Shown one piece after another: positions 62,525-64,000 of a stretch of 64,000 bases of DNA; position 1 is the stretch's first letter, and each line of letters starts with the position of its first letter. The position numbers were made by a program, and so were the translations under genes. Source of the DNA: the human T2T-CHM13v2.0 reference genome, Homo sapiens. A model generated the notes under the pieces. It was not told the DNA's origin. It saw only the letters and a program-made list of their open reading frames with translations, and made no database searches. The stretch lies in NCBI RefSeq assembly GCF_009914755.1, contig NC_060927.1; one strand, 5' to 3'.

Positions 62525-63169
62525 ATGACTGTTCTGACATTATCTGCTGCTCAATTGGGGAACACCAAATCTAGATGAGTTTATTCTGAACATATGAATA
62601 AAGCAGAGAAGGAGGAACATAATGGTCATACAAAAAAGGATTTTGGAGATGTCTGTAGATATAAAAGTCATCATACATGAAGTGTATCTCCCTGCCAAAG
62701 TCAAGTTATGGAAGAGTGTTCTTCCCAACCAAAATCCCTTGTTTGCTGGCATTGGAGGAATGTGAGATATGATTATGCAGCAACATCCCACAAATCTGCC
62801 ATTGGGTGGCCAATTGTGAAGATAGAGTAAGACTTCTAGGAACAGGGGCAACAGAATTGTACTCTGGGCAGTAATGAATTCATGAAACCTGATAAATGCA
62901 ACATTATTTGTTTTGGACACACTCAAGTCTAGGCCACGAAACTCTTCTCATATTGGGAATCAGGGCTATTTACAGTCAGGACTATATCCCTTGACTGGGG
63001 AATTTATGGCCTATCTAGGCCATAAAATAAGAAAAGATTATGATGAAAGTTATCATAGGGTAACACAAGTAAATACCACCAAGGATATTAAAACTTCTGC
63101 CAACAAACAAACTCAGCAATAGTGTCAGTATCTTTCACAAAACAGAGCTGAAGTCCAATCTAAAATAAT

Positions 63170-63534
63170 TGACATGGTTTTGTTGTGTCCCCACCCAAAT
63201 CTCATCTTGAATTGTAACTCCCACAATTTCCATGTGTCGTGGGAGGAACCTGGTGGGAGGTAATTGAATTATGGGGGCGGGTCTTTCCCATGTTGGTCTC
63301 ATGAGAATGAATAAGTCTCATGAGATCTGATAGTTTTAAAAAACGGGAGTTTCCCTGCACAAGCTCTCTTGTCTCCCGCTATGTGAGACATGCCTTTTAC
63401 CTTGCGGCATGATTGTAAGGCCTCCCCAGCCACGTGGAACTGTAAGTCTAATAAACTTTCTTTTGTAAATTACCCAGTCTCAGGTATGTCTTTATTAGCA
63501 GTGTGAAAACTAATACTAATACAATACTAATACA
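63170..63534 (+). mobile_element. THE1 (ERVL-MaLR) solo LTR
   Basis: TGACATGGTTT...GTGTCCCCACCCAAATCTCATCTTGAATTGTAACTCCC...CTAATACA; 5-bp TSD ATAAT; terminal ATACTAATACA duplicated. Confidence 0.9.
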
Positions 63535-63814
63535 ATAATAAATGAATATATCTCAGTATTATATTAACTGGACACTTAAAAACTGATTAAAGATGTAAAT
63601 AATTGTAACCAAATTAAAATCAGAAGTCTTCAGTCTTTAAAGACTTGACCCAAATGTTTAAGTAAAGCCATTTTTGTACACTCCCTGTTTTTACATCATC
63701 CATATTCCACCAGAACCAACTCATAAGAGACATGCTATTACAGCTAAAATTTCCTATTTTACCTTACATTTAGAAGTAATTTTCAGACATTTTTTTAGTC
63801 CACGTCCACAGGCT

Positions 63815-64000
<186 letters not shown>

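Overview
Human/primate genomic DNA carrying the whole KLHL24 gene (BTB-BACK-Kelch CUL3 substrate adaptor) on the + strand. It has a CpG-island promoter and non-coding exon 1 (~11.1-11.27 kb), a 63-nt non-coding exon 2, six coding exons (25833-54765; 1803 nt = 600 aa + stop, all GT-AG and phase-consistent) and a ~5.2-kb 3' UTR ending near 59995. The rest is repeat-rich: roughly 55 Alus (source of most ORFs in the track), L1/L2/MIR relics, three LTR elements and two DNA-transposon fossils. No rRNA, tRNA or CRISPR was seen. The most notable signals are: (1) a young, tail-less BC200 (BCYRN1) retrocopy in intron 3 with a 16-bp target-site duplication (TSD) and microhomology priming; (2) an exon-junction uORF in frame with the CDS, plus an ATG-TAA start-stop element 2 nt before the disease-relevant start codon; (3) a 981-nt (3n) start-codon exon whose back-splicing would encode a Kelch-less BTB-BACK protein; (4) a perfect 37-bp inverted repeat beside a G-quadruplex motif; and (5) an LTR-like insertion with ~90-bp inverted termini and a 4-bp TSD. 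Repeat boundaries are approximate, and family names come from recalled consensus sequences rather than database searches.
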